This document shows, in pieces, positions 48,433 through 59,036 of a DNA stretch of 64,000 bases (the first letter of the stretch is position 1; each line of letters opens with the position of its first letter). Below the pieces are notes generated by a model, which did not search any database, had not been told where the DNA came from, and saw only the letters and a program-made list of their open reading frames with translations. This stretch comes from an uncultured Gammaproteobacteria bacterium (lineage in GTDB: Bacteria > Patescibacteriota > Patescibacteriia > UBA9934): assembly GCA_964401485.1 (NCBI GenBank), contig CAYNYL010000005.1, positions 8,158-72,157 on the forward strand. The letters run 5' to 3'. Made by a program: the position numbers and the translations under genes.

Positions 48433-49245
48433 TCACTCGCGTTCGAGGAATCGGGGGTAGGCCTCGACGTCCTTGAGCAGGTCGGCGCTCGAGTAGGTGT
48501 GTCGAATAACCTCATGCCAAGCTTGGCTCGAGAGATTCGGGTTCCACGGGCAGATCGATCGCATCCAGCGGTACGCGGTATCGATTGCGCCGGACTCTGG
48601 ATTTCTCCGAGTGTAGTGGATGATCTGACAATTGTGGATGCGGTCCTTCGGATCTTTGGACTGATCGAGGAGTCGGTACTGTTCGATGGACATGCGCTCG
48701 AGCAGCATCCGCATTGCCCACATGATCTCGCCGTGGCAAACGACGAGGACTCGGTTGTCCGAATCCTCTCGATGCAGGCCGTCGAAGAACGGGTAGATGC
48801 GGGTGAGTAGCTGCGCGATCGACTCCCCGCCGAAGGGTGCCCAGTAGGGTTCGTCGCGAACCCTTCGAGCGAGATCATCGGCGATAAGGCCGAACCTTCT
48901 GGCTTCCGCATCTGCGGAGGAGGCGTGGCCCCAGTTGCGCTCGACGATCAGGTGGTTGATCTGCCACCTGGTACCTCCAGTGAGATTGAGCAATCCGGCG
49001 GTTTCGCGTGCCCGCACGTAGGCGCTGACGATCTGACGATCGAAACCCTTCGGAAAGGCCTCGCGTAGCCACTCTCCTGCGCTGAGAGCTTGATTGCGTC
49101 CCTGGTCGGTGAGGCGCCAACCACTCGTGTGGACCTGGTTCAGTTTGCGCATGAGTCTAGAGTCTCTAGCCTTCACGCGATCTGTGGCAATGTTGCCCTC
49201 GCTCTCTCCATGTCGGACGAGAACAAGGTCGATTGGCATGGTCAT
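48433..49245 (-). CDS. Histidine phosphatase family protein (phosphoglycerate-mutase-like), GC-rich and GC3-biased
   Basis: The catalytic motif is LVLVRHGESEGN. AGGAGG lies 6 nt upstream of the ATG (MTMPIDL). The body is about 60% GC. The longer tracked ORF N-terminus is antisense of tRNA-Gly and I reject it. Confidence 0.7.
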   Translation of the reverse strand: MTMPIDLVLVRHGESEGNIATDRVKARDSRLMRKLNQVHTSGWRLTDQGRNQALSAGEWLREAFPKGFDRQIVSAYVRARETAGLLNLTGGTRWQINHLIVERNWGHASSADAEARRFGLIADDLARRVRDEPYWAPFGGESIAQLLTRIYPFFDGLHREDSDNRVLVVCHGEIMWAMRMLLERMSIEQYRLLDQSKDPKDRIHNCQIIHYTRRNPESGAIDTAYRWMRSICPWNPNLSSQAWHEVIRHTYSSADLLKDVEAYPRFLERE

Positions 49246-49304
49246 GGTGACCTCCTGTGTAAAAGGACAAGAACGGATATTAGCAAAAAAGTAGTAGTTT
49301 GTCA

Positions 49305-49337
49305 AAACAAAAAACCGCCTCTTTCGAGGTGGATTTT
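49305..49337. terminator. Bidirectional hairpin (CCGCCTC-tttc-GAGGTGG) flanked by A and T runs
   Basis: Read directly in the sequence. Confidence 0.55.
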
Positions 49338-49412
49338 TGGAGCGGGCAACGGGAATCGAACCCGTCTCTCCAGCTTGGAAGGCTAGCATAATAGCCACTA
49401 TACTATGCCCGC
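49338..49412 (-). tRNA. tRNA-Gly (anticodon TCC)
   Basis: Reverse complement: acceptor GCGGGCA/TGCCCGC, anticodon loop ctTCCaa, T-arm ACGGG-TTCGATT-CCCGT, and CCA. Confidence 0.8.
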
Positions 49413-49458
49413 AGGTTTTTATCGGTCGGAAAAAGTATACAAGGGGAGGGACTTTCCG

Positions 49459-50166
49459 TCAAGATTGGCGACGTTTAAACGGGCGAAGAAGACGGGCGAA
49501 AAGCGAGGGGGTTTTGAAGTGGAAACGGACGTAATGGATCGGCTTTCCCTCGGCGAGGAAGCGCTTCTCGTAGGTTGTTTGGATGGCTCTCGCGTCATGC
49601 TCCCTTGAATCTCGGTAGAGATTTCGTGTCATCGTTTCGATCTTTATATCATCGCGCTCCGCGAGAACGTCAAGCGTTGAATCAAATAGGGAAGTACTGT
49701 CGGTTTTGAGGTGGATCACCCCTCCCTTACTCAGGACGGTCTTGTAGAGGTCGAGGAAACGGTGTGAGGTAAGGCGTCGTCGACGGTCGCTTTTGCGAGG
49801 ATAGGGGTCTGGGAATGTAATCCAGATTTCATGGACTTCGCCTTCGGAAAAATGATACCCAAGGGTCTCAACTTTTGTCCGCAAGAATCGTACGTTCTTT
49901 CGCTCCTCACGCTTTGCAGTCTCGGCGCCATGCCAAAGACGAGCTCCCTTGATATCGATCCCGATAATGTTCTTGTTTGGATAGAGTGTTCCAAGGCCGA
50001 TCGTATAGTCACCTCGCCCTGCTCCGACCTCGAGGGTGATTGGGGCGTTATTATGAAAAATCTCGCTATTCCACGTTCCCTTGAGGGTTGACTTCTCCCC
50101 ACGGGTGATCTCAAAGATCCATGGATTTTCCTTGTTATCCGCAAATTTCAACTGCTTTTGTCGCAT
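49459..50166 (-). CDS. trmB: tRNA (guanine46-N7)-methyltransferase
   Basis: LEVGAGRGDYTIGLG is the SAM motif. TrmB-typical length and C-terminal region. Confidence 0.8.
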   Translation of the reverse strand: MRQKQLKFADNKENPWIFEITRGEKSTLKGTWNSEIFHNNAPITLEVGAGRGDYTIGLGTLYPNKNIIGIDIKGARLWHGAETAKREERKNVRFLRTKVETLGYHFSEGEVHEIWITFPDPYPRKSDRRRRLTSHRFLDLYKTVLSKGGVIHLKTDSTSLFDSTLDVLAERDDIKIETMTRNLYRDSREHDARAIQTTYEKRFLAEGKPIHYVRFHFKTPSLFARLLRPFKRRQS

Positions 50167-50238
50167 AAGTCCCTCGGAGTATAGGGGGACTATGAAGCCT
50201 TGTCAAAATCGCGAGGGGCTGGTATGATCTTTGCACAT

Positions 50239-50315
50239 CGGGTCGTAGCTCAGTAGGCTAGAGCGCTTGGTTTGGGACCAAGAGGTCGCGAGTTCGAGCC
50301 CCGCCGACCCGACCA
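50239..50315 (+). tRNA. tRNA-Pro (anticodon TGG)
   Basis: Acceptor CGGGTCG/CGACCCG, anticodon stem CTTGG/CCAAG with loop ttTGGga, and CCA. Confidence 0.85.
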
Positions 50316-50332
50316 GAACTTTTTATGTTGAC

Positions 50333-50408
50333 GGGCCTGTAGCTCAGTTGGTAGAGCGCTACATTCGCATTGTAGAGGTCAGGAGTTCGACTCTCCTCAG
50401 GTCCACCA
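50333..50408 (+). tRNA. tRNA-Ala (anticodon CGC)
   Basis: Acceptor GGGCCTG/CAGGTCC with the G3:U70 Ala identity pair. Anticodon loop ttCGCat. CCA. Confidence 0.85.
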
Positions 50409-50418
50409 GAGGACATGC

Positions 50419-50494
50419 GGGCCCATAGCTCAGTTGGTAGAGCGCTTCCATGGCATGGAAGAGGTCAGCGGTTCGAACCCGCTTGGGTCCACCA
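50419..50494 (+). tRNA. tRNA-Ala (anticodon GGC)
   Basis: Acceptor GGGCCCA/TGGGTCC with G3:U70. Anticodon loop atGGCat. CCA. Confidence 0.85.
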
Positions 50495-50512
50495 AGGATC
50501 ACTATTCGGCAT

Positions 50513-50588
<76 letters not shown>

Positions 50589-50621
50589 GAGAATTTACAC
50601 GCCCATGGGGCGATTTTTTAT

Positions 50622-51416
50622 ATGCAAAAGCCTGTAGGGAGGTCAAAGGTACGACGATTTGCCGGGTTTTATTATCATGTTTTAAGAAAACGCGTGCAGT
50701 GGTTTTTTGGTACCTACGCGAAATCACGCGATTTATCCCCGCTTCCATACGTTGTCGCATCACATCAGACGCCTCTCTATCGTCGTTTAAAAGATGTAGA
50801 CATGTGGATGCAACGGAATAAAGTTGTGAATTTAACGCTTGCGATTGGGAAGGTTAACGGGATTACGCTAAGGCCCGGTGAGACGATGTCATACTGGAAG
50901 CTCATAGGGAATCCAACGAAACGAAAAGGGTATGTGGAGGGCATGCTTTTGCGCGACGGGAAGGTTGTTCCAGGAATCGGGGGAGGACTTTGTCAGCTTT
51001 CGAACCTGCTTTTTTGGACAACCGCACATACTCCGCTTACGCTCGTTGAGCGCTGGCGTCATAGTTACGACGTATTTCCGGATAGTTCAAGGACGCAGCC
51101 GTTTGGATCCGGGGCTACGTGTTCCTATCCGAATATTGATTTAGAGGTTCGTAACGACACTGATACGACGTATCAATTTATCGTAGAGGTTACAAATTGT
51201 GATCTCAAAGGGGAGTGGAGAGCATTAACCCAGAGCGAGTGTCGCTACGAAGTTGAAGAACAAAATCATGAGATACGACATGAGTGGTGGGGAGGTTACT
51301 CGCGTCACAATCAATTATTCCGCATCGCCTACGATAAGGCGACGGGTGAGCGGCTCCGTGAAGAGTGTATCGCCGACAACCACGCAATCATGATGTATAA
51401 CCCAATGATCGAATAA
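50622..51416 (+). CDS. VanW-family protein
   Basis: GGGLCQLSNLLFWTTA matches the VanW signature (GGGVCQ.S..LY). Confidence 0.7.
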   Translation: MQKPVGRSKVRRFAGFYYHVLRKRVQWFFGTYAKSRDLSPLPYVVASHQTPLYRRLKDVDMWMQRNKVVNLTLAIGKVNGITLRPGETMSYWKLIGNPTKRKGYVEGMLLRDGKVVPGIGGGLCQLSNLLFWTTAHTPLTLVERWRHSYDVFPDSSRTQPFGSGATCSYPNIDLEVRNDTDTTYQFIVEVTNCDLKGEWRALTQSECRYEVEEQNHEIRHEWWGGYSRHNQLFRIAYDKATGERLREECIADNHAIMMYNPMIE

Positions 51417-51433
51417 ACCGAGTCAACGAAAAA

Positions 51434-51461
51434 GCCCCGACCGTTAGGCCGAGGCTTTTAT
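51434..51461. terminator. Bidirectional terminator (GCCCCGACC-gtta-GGCCGAGGC with flanking A/T runs)
   Basis: 9-bp stem including G-U pairs. It serves both the VanW gene (+) and the 16S rRNA gene (-). Confidence 0.6.
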
Positions 51462-51587
51462 GTTCATTATCCAGAAAGAATTGACTCCTATGTGATTGCA
51501 ACGTCTTGCCTCTCACGCTTTAGCGTAGAGGACTTTGCTCACTCAAAGTGAGATCGACCATCTTTCCGAAGAAAGATTCATCCTTTA

Positions 51588-53078
<1,491 letters not shown>

Positions 53079-53193
53079 CATATATAGTTTATAACCCGAA
53101 GGTTATAGCTCTGCTTAAATAGACGTTGCAATCACACAGTTGTCAATTCTTTCTGTAGAGCCAATTTGGCTCGTTTTTAATGACCACGGGGGC

Positions 53194-53222
53194 ATTTTAA
53201 TTGAACGGCGGAAAGCTGTCAA
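53194..53222 (-). promoter_or_regulatory. Putative rRNA promoter P1, TTGACA-N17-TAAAAT (minus strand), about 110 nt upstream of the mature 16S 5' end; a weaker TTGACA/TTGCAA promoter-like element lies downstream (P2)
   Basis: Read directly in the sequence (tgtcaa at 53217-53222 and atttta at 53194-53199 on the plus strand). Confidence 0.5.
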
Positions 53223-53242
53223 GGGCTTCGGGGCCCTGTTTC

Positions 53243-53908
53243 CTAGGATTTCTTTGATTGTGATTTTCGCCAGTCGGAAATTGCCTTGTGATTTCCGGAA
53301 AGGAGAACCTCCGGAACCTTTGCAATAAGGCGTTTTAGGCCTTTTCTAAAGGAATATGACTCTGGTTTTGTATATTGTGGGTATTCGAGGATTCCGTCCG
53401 TGTGGCTCTCTTCCGCGAGGGACTCGGCGTTTCCAAGGACCCCAGGGACCATTCGCGCCGTGGCATCGATCATCGTTAGGGCAGGGAGTTCTCCTCCGGT
53501 AAGGACAAAGTCTCCGATCGAAAGGGACTCGTCGGCGAGGTGCTCTTCGACGCGGGCATCGATCCCTTCGTAGCGCCCACAGATAAAAATGACCTGTTTA
53601 TAAGAGGCGAGGCGACGGGCGTCGTCTTGGGTAAAGCGCTTTCCAGAGGCACTCATCAAAATCACCCGAGATCCGAAGCGTTTTTTTACCGCCTTGAGGG
53701 CTTTGTCGATTGGCTGGACGCTCATTACCATCCCTGCGCCACCGCCATACGGGGTGTCGTCGACTTTATTGTGCTTGTTGTCAGCAAAGGCGCGGATGTC
53801 GTGTGCTTTTACGTCGATTAGGCCAGATTTTTGGGCTCGCCCGAGGATCGACTCCTTGGCATAGCTCTCAATCATTCCCGGAAAAATGGTCAAAATATCA
53901 AAACGCAT
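53243..53908 (-). CDS. trmD: tRNA (guanine37-N1)-methyltransferase
   Basis: MRFDILTIFPGMIESY...GYEGID..VLTGGELPA is canonical TrmD. Start set at the ATG at 53908. Confidence 0.9.
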   Translation of the reverse strand: MRFDILTIFPGMIESYAKESILGRAQKSGLIDVKAHDIRAFADNKHNKVDDTPYGGGAGMVMSVQPIDKALKAVKKRFGSRVILMSASGKRFTQDDARRLASYKQVIFICGRYEGIDARVEEHLADESLSIGDFVLTGGELPALTMIDATARMVPGVLGNAESLAEESHTDGILEYPQYTKPESYSFRKGLKRLIAKVPEVLLSGNHKAISDWRKSQSKKS

Positions 53909-53937
53909 ATGGATTATCATATGATATACTTGGACAT

Positions 53938-54498
53938 ATGTCGAAAGATCAAGATGAAGGGCACGCGGGCATGATCCATCGAAAGGACATGCCTCTCGAG
54001 GTTCAAGCAAAGCTAGCGGAGAAAGATAGCTATCGAGAGAACCTCAAGCAGGTAGGTGACGAATCTCGTGAGGCAGAGAATCAAAAAGCGAGAGCTGAGC
54101 AAGAGGCGAAGAAGGCGCGGGAAAAACGCGAAGCTATAGAGCGGATCCCTTCTTTATTTGATAAGGGGACACTCTCCGAGATGATGGGGAGGCTTGAGGG
54201 GGTGCGACGGGCCGGCGTTGAGACACTCGTATTTCAGGATGGAGTAGAACGGTCGGTGAGGGATTTAATGTTACGACTAGACCAGACCGAGGATTTGGTG
54301 GATCAGTTAAATGAACTTGATGATCAGGCTCTTGATACGTGGCTCGCCGAGCAGGGGATCGCTACATCAAAAGTAAGTTCGGAAAGTGCACATGGGTTTC
54401 GGGAGGCGGTTGCGTTGGCAATTCGAGCCGGCAATGATCACGATAAAATCTTTAATCGATTAACCGGTAAGTGGGAGAGTCTTCGAAAACGAGATTAG
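53938..54498 (+). CDS. Hypothetical coiled-coil protein (186 aa, charged)
   Basis: An ORF from the ATG at 53938 (MSKDQDEG). The upstream part of the tracked ORF is antisense to trmD and I reject it. Confidence 0.45.
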   Translation: MSKDQDEGHAGMIHRKDMPLEVQAKLAEKDSYRENLKQVGDESREAENQKARAEQEAKKAREKREAIERIPSLFDKGTLSEMMGRLEGVRRAGVETLVFQDGVERSVRDLMLRLDQTEDLVDQLNELDDQALDTWLAEQGIATSKVSSESAHGFREAVALAIRAGNDHDKIFNRLTGKWESLRKRD

Positions 54499-54506
54499 GT
54501 AGCTCT

Positions 54507-54944
54507 ATGCAGATTTCATACGAAGGTTCAAGGTCGTGGTACGGAATATTCACCACTATTAACGTCGTTCTTTTTGTGGTGGTCGTTATTCTTGTTCGCG
54601 TTATGGTTACTTATGATTGGGTAAGTATTTTACCGGCCCTTATTTTTCTTCCGCTTGTTCTTGGTCTGCCTTACATTCTTTTTGGCGGGGTAAAGGATGT
54701 TCGTATTGAGGGGGACTGGCTTGTTGTTTCAGATGGAGCGCGGGAAGCAAGGCTTTCGAAGGATGATGTACGTGTCAGTATCGGAAGCGCTTTGTTCCGC
54801 AACCCTCCTATAAATAAACTCTATTTCAAGACACCGACGGTTTTTGGGTCCAGAGTTCGATTTATGACAAGCTCACTGGTACCTCCCTATCGATATACGC
54901 GTACGAAGGAGAGAGAGGAGGCGTTACTTAAGTGGCTTAAATAA
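54507..54944 (+). CDS. Hypothetical membrane protein (two TM helices, C-terminal beta region)
   Basis: Start at MQISYEGS. Hydrophobic helices are VVLFVVVVILVRVMV and ILPALIFLPLVLGLPYILFGG. Confidence 0.45.
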   Translation: MQISYEGSRSWYGIFTTINVVLFVVVVILVRVMVTYDWVSILPALIFLPLVLGLPYILFGGVKDVRIEGDWLVVSDGAREARLSKDDVRVSIGSALFRNPPINKLYFKTPTVFGSRVRFMTSSLVPPYRYTRTKEREEALLKWLK

Positions 54945-54947
54945 TAA

Positions 54948-54975
54948 AACTCGCCTTTCGGCGAGCTTTATTTTA
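54948..54975. terminator. Bidirectional hairpin terminator (CTCGCC-tttc-GGCGAG)
   Basis: Lies between the convergent 54507 gene and the KH gene. Confidence 0.55.
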
Positions 54976-55323
54976 GATATCGAGGTTGTCTACGATCGAC
55001 GTATCGCGAGGGTCTGTGTCGTCGAAACGTTGTGTTTCTTCTTGACGAGGAGCCTCTTCACGTCGCGGTCGGCGTGAGCCTTCCGGTTCGTAGATTTTGA
55101 GGTTGACGCGGGCGTTCATCTTCGCACCGACGGCCTTTAGGAGCTTGCGGAGCGAGCTCGCGGTTTGGCCTGCGCGACCGATAACGTATCCCATGTCTTC
55201 CGGATTGATGTGGAGGGTAATAAGGACGCCTCGTTCATCAATCGTGCGTTCCGCCTTCACATCTTCAGGATGGTTGACGATCGCTTTGACAATGTATTCA
55301 ACAAATTCTTGATCTTTTTCCAT
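54973..55323 (-). CDS. KH-domain RNA-binding protein (KhpA/YlqC-like, UPF0109) with an RP-rich tail
   Basis: VIGRAGQTASSLRKLL is the KH GxxG region. The gene is in the classical rpsP-KH-(rimM)-trmD position. Confidence 0.75.
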   Translation of the reverse strand: MEKDQEFVEYIVKAIVNHPEDVKAERTIDERGVLITLHINPEDMGYVIGRAGQTASSLRKLLKAVGAKMNARVNLKIYEPEGSRRPRREEAPRQEETQRFDDTDPRDTSIVDNLDI

Positions 55324-55406
55324 AATCTTTATTACTGCTTTTTCTCTGTCGACCTTTCTTCTATTTTAACAAAGGTCGATTTGCCTGTCGCTTGAGTTAT
55401 CAAGAG

Positions 55407-55925
55407 TTAGGCGGCTGGCTCTGCTGGAGCTTCTGCTGGCGCTTCCGCTGGAACTGCTTCGGCTGTTTTTGCGGCTTCCTCGGCGGCCTTTGCAGCCTCT
55501 TCAGCGGCGAGCTTCGCGGCAGCTTCCGCTTCCTTCGCTGCGAGTTCGGCAGCCTTTGCAGCCTCCGCTTCAGCCTTCTTCTTTTCCTCTGCTTCTACGC
55601 GCTTCTTCTCTTCCGCTACGCGTTTCTCTTCGAGGCCCTTTACGCGGGACTTCGACATAGAGATTGTTCGAGCCTTATCTCCCTTAAGAAGTCCTTGGTC
55701 GATCAAGAAGTTGCGAACGGTTCCCGAAGGTTGCGCTCCCATCTTGAGCCAGTGCTCAATTCGGTCGGTTTTAAGGGTGGTTGTTACGCCCGTCTTTGAA
55801 CGAGGGTCATAGTTTCCGAGGATTTCGATCGCTGGTGACCATGGGTCACGGCGTGAATCTTGGAGGACAACGCGGTAGATCGGGGCCTTGTGTTTTCCGA
55901 TTCGGGAAAGACGAATAGTAAGCAT
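55407..55925 (-). CDS. rpsP: 30S ribosomal protein S16 with a ~90-aa Ala/Glu/Lys-rich C-terminal extension
   Basis: MLTIRLSRIGKHKAPIYRVVLQDSRRDPWSPAIEILGNYDP is canonical S16. The tail reads EAEAAKAAELAAKEAEAAAKLAAEEAAKAAEE...PAEAPAEAPAEPAA. Confidence 0.85.
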   Translation of the reverse strand: MLTIRLSRIGKHKAPIYRVVLQDSRRDPWSPAIEILGNYDPRSKTGVTTTLKTDRIEHWLKMGAQPSGTVRNFLIDQGLLKGDKARTISMSKSRVKGLEEKRVAEEKKRVEAEEKKKAEAEAAKAAELAAKEAEAAAKLAAEEAAKAAEEAAKTAEAVPAEAPAEAPAEPAA

Positions 55926-55991
55926 AGATAGGTAAGTATTATGGGCGCATTGTAACGGAAGGAGGAGATTTGTCAACCCCTGTCGGGGCAT

Positions 55992-57107
55992 GTGCTATCC
56001 TTCTACTATATGAAGAAAGGCTGGTATTTTCTCGGTTTTGTCGTAATCTCGCTTATTTTCGCTATTTTTTGGCAATTTAGGCCGGTAAAAGAGGGGGTAT
56101 TCACGGTCTATGAACATGGCTATTACTCGAAGAGTCTCTATGATCATGCCTATACGAAGGCCGGGGAGGTGAGTCCGGTTCCCGCAAAGAGCGCGATTGT
56201 GGCCCATCATCTTCTTGTCGCGGACAAGGTTGCGGGAGTTTTTGAGGCGATCGGGTCCGAGGACGTGCAAACGGTGATCCTCTTAAGTCCTAACCATTTT
56301 TCACAGGGGCTAGAGGAGGCGCAGGTCGGGGCGGTTGGGTTTACGACACCCTACGGAACGATTGCGCCGGACCTCGACATGGTCCAAAAACTTCTCGACG
56401 GGTATATTCCGCTCTCGCTTGAGAATGAAACATTTCGGGGTGAACACGGAATTTCAACACTAACCCCGTTTATTAAGCGGTCATTTCCAAACGCGAAGCT
56501 CGTGCCGATCGTTCTCCACGAGTCGATGCCTGCCGAGGAGGCGGTACGATTTGGACAGGTTATTGCGGAGAGTGCCGGAAAAGAGACGGTTGTCATTGCG
56601 AGTATTGATATGTCGCACAATCTTCCGCTTGATTACCAACTTTTCCACGACGGGGTGACGAAGGCGGTCATTGCGGGAGGGGTTCGACACGCCGAAGGAG
56701 TCGATCTCGAAATTGACGCGAACGCCGTTCTTCGCACGCTTCTTTCGTACAATGAACAAAAAGGAACGGAGGCGTTTACCCTTACTCATCACGGAAGTTC
56801 GCTTGCGATGGGGAAAGCCGAAGTCTCCGTTGATAATACGAGTCATATTCTTGGGTACTTCCTCAAAGGGTTGCCTGACGCGCGCGGAATTTCAAGCGCG
56901 CTTGTGACAAATGACCAGCTCTTACTCGATCAGTCGGATGATCAACCGTTTTACGAGCGGGATCGAAGGGCGTTTGGAGCTCACATGACAATGATTCGAG
57001 AAGACTTTTTCTCCTCGGGACTTACGTGCGAAGGAGTTGAAAAAACCATCGGAACAATCGGTTTGTTGTTTCACGGAACGGAGTGTATAATTTCGGTAAT
57101 TCACTAA
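55992..57107 (+). CDS. MEMO1/AmmeMemoRadiSam-system protein B family protein, membrane-anchored
   Basis: Family-like motifs AIVAHHLL, LLSPNHF, EHGISTLTPFIK and SIDMSHNL. N-terminal TM helix WYFLGFVVISLIFAIFW. Confidence 0.5.
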   Translation: MLSFYYMKKGWYFLGFVVISLIFAIFWQFRPVKEGVFTVYEHGYYSKSLYDHAYTKAGEVSPVPAKSAIVAHHLLVADKVAGVFEAIGSEDVQTVILLSPNHFSQGLEEAQVGAVGFTTPYGTIAPDLDMVQKLLDGYIPLSLENETFRGEHGISTLTPFIKRSFPNAKLVPIVLHESMPAEEAVRFGQVIAESAGKETVVIASIDMSHNLPLDYQLFHDGVTKAVIAGGVRHAEGVDLEIDANAVLRTLLSYNEQKGTEAFTLTHHGSSLAMGKAEVSVDNTSHILGYFLKGLPDARGISSALVTNDQLLLDQSDDQPFYERDRRAFGAHMTMIREDFFSSGLTCEGVEKTIGTIGLLFHGTECIISVIH

Positions 57108-57115
57108 TTGTTTTT

Positions 57116-58927
57116 ATGGACCAAACACACCCGGCCCCACAAGCTCCGCAGATGCCGTCGTCGCCTCACAAGAAAGGCGACTCGACGACACTCATTCTCA
57201 TTATCGTTGGAATAATCGTCTTCGGCGTTGTTGCCGTCGCGATTATTGGAGCGCTCGTTGCCTATGTCCTTACGCAAACCGTTTCGACAATCGTCGAGGA
57301 GGCGGATATCAACGGAATTGTGGACGTGATTGAGGACGAAATTGACGAGGAGACCGGCGTTGGGAATGAAGAGGTTGATAACGGTGAAACGATTGTTGAT
57401 GAGACCTCGGGTGCACTTGCAATTAATTGGGTGCCTGTCGCGGAGCATCGATACTCCGGGGCGGAGGGATGGGCTTTAGCTGCTGCGACCTATCCAGATC
57501 AGGTAGAGGAGGGATACCTTGAAGTTGGGACTGTTAAGAGTGGTGCCTATCAAGGGTATTCGCTCAGAACGCAAGTATTTTCGGCTGATGGAATGGGTGA
57601 AACGAATAAATACGTAGTCTATTTAGCGGACCCTAGGAGTATTTCCAAGCCGATCATTCTCGATCGCTACGGAAGCGTTCTTTACGGATTTGGGGCAGAG
57701 TCATGGAAATACTTTTCGGTTAGAGACTTGCTCGGCGATGCAATGGTTAATCGCCTCGGTGACCGTGTTGTTTTTAGCACGGGACTTACCATCTCGGACT
57801 TTGTGATTGCTGAAACAATTCGAGATACACAGGGACGAAATTATGACCTAACGGCAATGTGGACGGTCCTTTTTGAACGGCCAGACTCGGAAGTCGTTTT
57901 TGGCAAAACAACGGACGGATATACAATTTATCGTGCCGAGGATGAGTATGCAACGAAGGGGCGCTTTTATATCGTTCGGGAGGATGGTCGAGCGATCGTG
58001 TATGCCCTTAATATTCCATTCTGGGAGGATGAGAAAAAAATGGTTGCACGTCCGGAATTTAGCTTCATGTCCGAGGGCGCTACGGGGGAGTATGCAAAAG
58101 GATTCATTGGAGGCTGTGGTTTTGAAAATCCGATCAACGTTATTGAAGATATTTCTGTTCTCGGAAAATTAAAGAAGGTTGATGTCACAGGAGGCTATTC
58201 AATTTATGTCCCAGAGGATTTGAATAATGAGTTCTATAGCGAGCGGTATGAAAGCTGGATCTATAATGGAGATAAGAGTTTTGAGGACTTCACTGCGATC
58301 ACTCCGTTTTTCTATTGGCAGGATCAAATTGGAAGATGGCTTGAATTCGTTCATGTTGATGTGCTCCCCGCTGCGGAGTGTGGGAAGCCGGTGATTTACC
58401 TCTATCCGGAGGAGACGATGGATGTTGACGTAACGGTTGAGCCTCGCGGAGGGTTCACGTTTACGGAGCCTGCGTATAATGATGGATGGTCGGTGACGGC
58501 AAAGCCTAATGGACAGTTGACGAATAAGGCGGACGGGAAGACCTATCCATACTTGTTCTGGGAGGGTCGAGGAGGTTTATACCAGGCACCGGAAGAGTTC
58601 TGGGTTGTCGAGCAGAAAGAGGTTAAACGTTTCCTAAAGACGACACTTGCGCAGTATGGATTGAATCGCCAAGAGATCGCGGACTTTAATGAGTTCTGGG
58701 TGCCGAGGATGAAGGAGGCGGAGTTCTACAAGATTGGATTTCATGGCACGGCGGTGATGGACGAGATTGCGCCTTTGACGGTTAGCGGTGGGCCAGACTC
58801 TATCTTCCGAATCTTGATGGACTTTGACGAACTTGAGGCGCCGGTTGAGGCAAACCCTCCGAAGAAGATTGTGCCTTTTGTGCGGGAAGGGTTTACGGTG
58901 GTTGAGTGGGGTGGAGTCATTGAATAA
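57116..58927 (+). CDS. Hypothetical membrane-anchored protein (604 aa) with a large extracytoplasmic domain
   Basis: Start at MDQTHPAPQ. TM helix TTLILIIVGIIVFGVVAVAIIGALVAYVL. Acidic linker. No family recognised. Confidence 0.55.
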   Translation: MDQTHPAPQAPQMPSSPHKKGDSTTLILIIVGIIVFGVVAVAIIGALVAYVLTQTVSTIVEEADINGIVDVIEDEIDEETGVGNEEVDNGETIVDETSGALAINWVPVAEHRYSGAEGWALAAATYPDQVEEGYLEVGTVKSGAYQGYSLRTQVFSADGMGETNKYVVYLADPRSISKPIILDRYGSVLYGFGAESWKYFSVRDLLGDAMVNRLGDRVVFSTGLTISDFVIAETIRDTQGRNYDLTAMWTVLFERPDSEVVFGKTTDGYTIYRAEDEYATKGRFYIVREDGRAIVYALNIPFWEDEKKMVARPEFSFMSEGATGEYAKGFIGGCGFENPINVIEDISVLGKLKKVDVTGGYSIYVPEDLNNEFYSERYESWIYNGDKSFEDFTAITPFFYWQDQIGRWLEFVHVDVLPAAECGKPVIYLYPEETMDVDVTVEPRGGFTFTEPAYNDGWSVTAKPNGQLTNKADGKTYPYLFWEGRGGLYQAPEEFWVVEQKEVKRFLKTTLAQYGLNRQEIADFNEFWVPRMKEAEFYKIGFHGTAVMDEIAPLTVSGGPDSIFRILMDFDELEAPVEANPPKKIVPFVREGFTVVEWGGVIE

Positions 58928-58931
58928 TAAA

Positions 58932-58967
58932 AGCGCCCTGCCTTTTACGGCGGGGCGTTTTGTTTTT
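58932..58967 (+). terminator. Rho-independent terminator (GCCCTGCC-ttttac-GGCGGGGC followed by gttttgttttt)
   Basis: Read directly in the sequence. Confidence 0.6.
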
Positions 58968-59036
58968 GGAAATGGTGAAGGTCGCCGTCCCCGAAGGAAC
59001 GACGACCTTGAGCTCACCGGAGGGCCGAGATGGCTC

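Noticed and set aside
48247-48810. 187-aa plus-strand ORF
   Set aside because: It starts inside tRNA-Phe and is antisense to the phosphatase gene.
53710-53937. N-terminal 76 codons of the tracked 262-aa plus-strand ORF
   Set aside because: This portion is antisense to trmD. The real start of the downstream hypothetical gene is the ATG at 53938.
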